From NCBI GenBank assembly GCA_964252035.1, contig OZ176216.1: a DNA stretch of 64,000 bases, one strand, 5' to 3'. Positions 59,993-64,000 of this stretch are shown piece by piece. The translations under genes and the position numbers were made by a program. This DNA comes from Podarcis erhardii. Lineage: Eukaryota. A model generated the notes under the pieces. That model was not told the DNA's origin. It did not search any database and was given only the letters and a program-made list of their open reading frames with translations. Every line of letters starts with the position of its first letter. Position 1 is the stretch's first letter.

Positions 59993-62042
59993 TAGGTCTC
60001 AAAGCTACAATCCTGAGACAAATTCTCTGTGGTCAAGTTACTGTGAAACAAAATACAATGGTGGCTTATTTCTGCAAGTATTAAATTCACATAAATCCAT
60101 CTACTACTGAAATTGAAAGTCACTATGAAAATCTTGTGTCTTGCAACATGAACCAGGCTTATTATAGCTGAAGAGAAGAAGGCTACAAACAACTGCTACA
60201 ACACTAAACACAAAAGGACAGAACCAAATGCAAAAGAGCAGAGAAAGAGGGAAACCTCAAAATAGTACAGGATAAAGGAGAGAACTCAAGTAAAACAGTA
60301 AATTGTCCAATGAGCATCAATATAAACCCTCCTCTGAGGCATTATAATTCACCTTAAACTAAATTTACACCCCCAAGGAACGTTTCAATAAAATGTAGTA
60401 AATTGTCCATTTACTCTTTTATTAGAGTTCACTACATTTTTCCAGTCCCATTTTGAGACTTTCTTTCTTTATGCCATACAGAATGGTAACAGAAAACTTT
60501 GAAGAGTTTTTTGCAACCCTTAAAAAAATATTGATTTAACTTAGAAATTATAACCATTGATTATGACCAACGACCAATGAATACATATTTTAATGTATTT
60601 CCTTGCTCCTGACTTTTCAACATTTCTATTACAGTTTAATTCTTGGAAACTATAAAGGCTAAGAAAAGTTGGGCAACTCATCATTGTAAGACTCTGTGGG
60701 TCACATAGCTAAAAAAACTGTACACATTTTGCTGACATGTTGCCAACATGATTACACAGCTGTGTAAGAAATTCTAATCATGGTGTGATGCCTAGAGAGA
60801 AATACTTTTCTCCTATGAAAAACCAAAAAGCTGTACATGTTTCGAAGCTACATAGCGGCCACCACCCATTTATCTGAGCCACACTTCAAATGGTAAGCCT
60901 TTTACATTTTGCCTTGAGGTCTATAAATTTTCATTCTTGAACTCAACTCATAGGTCAACTAAATTACACATCTGCAAGCTATAGAAGGAATAGGGTAGGG
61001 CAGGATTTCAACTGTTTTAATTATTCAATTGTTATAACGAGACACACAAAAAAGCAGCTTTGTTCTAAAACTTGGCATGCATATGGCCCTGACTATGTAA
61101 TGCACACTAAACCATGTCGAACACATCTGGTTCTTAGGTATGGCCAATGGCAGTCTAATGGAACTTGCACATGGAATACAGATGCGGCCTAGAGATATAA
61201 TAGAACCATCTACCCTCTGACCTAGAAGCATGATTCTCTATATATTATTCCACATTCCAAAACATTCTGACTAAAGTATGTCACAAGAATGGAGTAGAAC
61301 ACACAAGGTATGCCATGCCAGAAGTGCATAAACAACCCACTAACAGTCCACACATCTCAATAAAGCAAATCAAGCACGGCAGTACAGGTAACTTGCAACT
61401 TGTGTGCATTTAATGTGTGAAACTTGTGTGCACACATCCAGCTTTATGTGCTTGGCTAAAAAATAAATGAGTGGACGGAAATGGAATAGGTGTCTAGGGG
61501 AAAAGGCTTTGGCAATCTTACACACCCACTCAACCCAATGTGTTTTGACTATATGCGATTTTGGCTTTATGCACTGTCCCTGGAGCGTAACCCCTGCGTA
61601 AGTGGAGAGTTGCCTGTACAGAAGAAGAAACCCAAGGAGACTGTTGGTGCATTTTCAGTAAGGAAATTCTTTTAGCTTTACAGTGCCATACTCCATTCAC
61701 TAGTGTAAGCAATCAGTAGTTAGATACTTTGCATTCAAAAAGAAAGCAAGCTACTAACGTGTACAACAAGAACAAGGTTTGAATCCAAATACGATCTCTC
61801 AAGTAGTCTCAAATTCAATCGCATGGAGAGAAAAGTAAGATGAGCCAACGTAGAGGCCTGAAGACCTATTAATTAGGTTTGAAAGAGTAGAAAAATGACA
61901 TTAAAGATCATCCAGATATGATGAAGGAAGACCTAGAGGACAAGTGTAGAGACCTGACATTTCATTCCATCACAATGCTCAGATGCTTCAACACTGTTCT
62001 TTTGGGAAATTCCATAACTTAAATGACAGGAAGAGACACACA

Positions 62043-62190
62043 CATAAGAGACTGCTGGATCAGGCCAGTGGCCCATCTACTTCAGCAGCCTGTTCTCACA
62101 CTGACCAACCAGATGTGTATGGAAAACCCACAAGCAGGATCTGAGCACAACATCACTCTCCCCTCCTGTGGTTTCCAACTTTGGAGGCAG
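62043..62190. mobile_element. CR1-type 3'-end fragment
   Basis: CATAAGAG...CTGCTGGATCAGGCCAGTGGCCCATCTA...CTGTTCTCACA, a common squamate CR1-tail motif. Confidence 0.65.
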
Positions 62191-62204
62191 AACATATCCA
62201 TCAG

Positions 62205-62580
62205 GGTTATTATTATTTATTATTATTGCTTACATTTATATGCCACCTTTATCTTCCAAGGATCTCAAGGTGGTGTACATCAGTGTTTCCCAACCTTGGG
62301 CCTCCAGCTGTTTTTGGACTACAACTCCCATCATCCCTAGCTAGCAAGACCCAGTGGTCAGGGATGATGGGAATTGTAGTTCAAAAACAGCTGGAGGCCC
62401 AAGGTTGGGAAACACTGGTGTACATGGTTCTCTCCCTCCCCCCCCCCCATATCATCCTCACAACAATCCTGTGAGGTAGGTTAGGCTAAGGTAGATCATC
62501 CAGTGAGTTTCACGGCTGAGTAGGGATTCAAACCCTGCTCTCCCAGGTCCTGATGCAACACTCTAACCATTACACCACTG
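62205..62580 (-). mobile_element. Squam3-like SINE interrupted by a MITE
   Basis: TAT-rich tail, CCTCACAACAATCCTGTGAGG core, GGGATTCAAACCC B-box complement and head near 62575. Confidence 0.7.
62281..62417. mobile_element. Young hAT palindromic MITE
   Basis: 58-bp inverted arms with 2 mismatches; perfect 8-bp TSD GTGTACAT. Confidence 0.95.
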
Positions 62581-64000
62581 TTTAGCATCCATTTTGGCTA
62601 AAGAATGATTGTGTTCTGCTATTAAGTATCCACCAGTCATTAAGCACTTGTGCAAAGGTATCTGAACTCTACTCTAAAATAACTAATAACTTAATTTTCA
62701 ACTGTACTTACACTGACATTGTCAAGAAACTATGGCAACTCTATAAAATACAGGCCAAAAGTAAGCCAGCTTATCAAGTCTTATTTTCTGTTGCAACTTG
62801 TACTATAGATACTATTTGTGATCCATAAAAGGAACATATATCTATTAAATCCACACCTGCAGCTACAATTTATAGCCACCCAGTCATCTACTACTGTCTT
62901 ACATCATAGGTAATTAGAATTCACTGAATTCATGGCCACAGGGAAAATACAAGTCCCATGAATGGGAACACAAAGCAAACACGAGTTCCACAGAATTTCA
63001 ACCAGCATATGGTAGAGACGAATTAAACCTGACTCAATACAGAGTAAGAAAGGAGCAACTGTTAAGTTTTGACTTCATGTTATTTATTCTATACTTCACT
63101 GACATTTTCACCAAACTCAGTCTTGCTTGCATTTTGTTGGCATATATACTAGATTCAAATGAAGTGGTGGGCCACACTTTTTAACCTCCTGTAATTCTTT
63201 CAGGTTTTGGGAAACCAAAACCCAATGCAAATTTCCAGGTAACTCAGCAGAAGATTCCATGAGGAAATCAAGCTTTAATGTTCCAAAATGTATCTCAACA
63301 GCTTCATCAGATCATAGAACAGCAGATTTACAACAGTATCATATCAGTATTCCTTCAACAATGCAGCAGTCTTATTAGAAAGATTTCTTGGATTGAAGGC
63401 TACAGTTATTCTACAATTTACATGGTATCAACATTGTTTGTACAGCCCCTGGTTTATGTGATATAATGCCAGAAATAAATCCACTTACTGGTAGGCAAGT
63501 CTTGCACCAGCAGTCAAATGCTTTATAACTTCTGTGATTGCTAAATGGGGATTTGAAGAATTAAATTAAGGATTTGTGATTATTTGCTTTTTAATAATTT
63601 CTAATATTGTAGCCTCAGGTATTCAAGCAACAACTTGATTGTTATATTTAGAACATTTTATTTAGATTGCTTTATTTAGAACATAAGCAAAAAACAAAGT
63701 CTTGCGGCATCTTTAAAATTAATTTATTATGGCACATGCTTTCAAGGACTAAAGTCCACTTTATCAGATGTATGGAATATGATGCTGAATGAGTAGCTAC
63801 AATATAGTACACATGACTATAGAGAAAGAGACAAAACATTAGCTGTCAGATGAGCAGAAAATGAAATGTAAGAAATGCAGATGGTGAAAAATGTATTAAC
63901 ACTTAACTGTATGTAAAAGAATTACAATGAGCAACATTGCTTTGTGAACAGTAACATACACATCCTGGCATTGCAAGTTAATCAACACCTCTCTTTGTTC

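Noticed and set aside
48543-64000. CDON exon 1 or promoter
   Set aside because: No CpG island or first-exon signature; presumably beyond the window

Overview
Eukaryotic genomic DNA from a squamate, most likely a lacertid lizard (Sauria/Squam1 and Squam3 SINEs, BovB, L2, CR1 and L1 remnants, TA-flanked Tc/mariner MITEs, hAT MITEs). Two genes lie tail-to-tail. (1) CDON, a Hedgehog co-receptor of the Ig/FN3 family, is on the minus strand. All 19 coding exons (2-20) were mapped by hand with GT-AG sites and consistent phases, from ATG at 48481 to TAA at 17678. The summed CDS is 3783 nt (1260 aa): signal peptide, 5 Ig, 3 FN3, TM and cytoplasmic tail. The 3'UTR is probably about 4 kb, ending near 13640. 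Exon 1 and the promoter lie beyond the window. (2) The 3' end of a plus-strand gene, most likely VSIG10L2 (C-terminus PVNVTITVTATP*), has a last exon at 6442-6584, a probable 125-nt exon and a probable 25-nt microexon. No rRNA, genuine tRNA or CRISPR features were found. I found no demonstrably new biological system. The best leads are: a microexon whose skipping would switch the VSIG10L2 tail to a fully open basic frame; five miR-181 seed sites in the CDON 3'UTR; a possible intronic polyadenylation isoform of CDON; Glu in place of the human caspase-site Asp of CDON; and a 58-codon antisense ORF with a perfect Kozak context in CDON intron 18. Comparisons with human sequences and literature are from memory and need verification.
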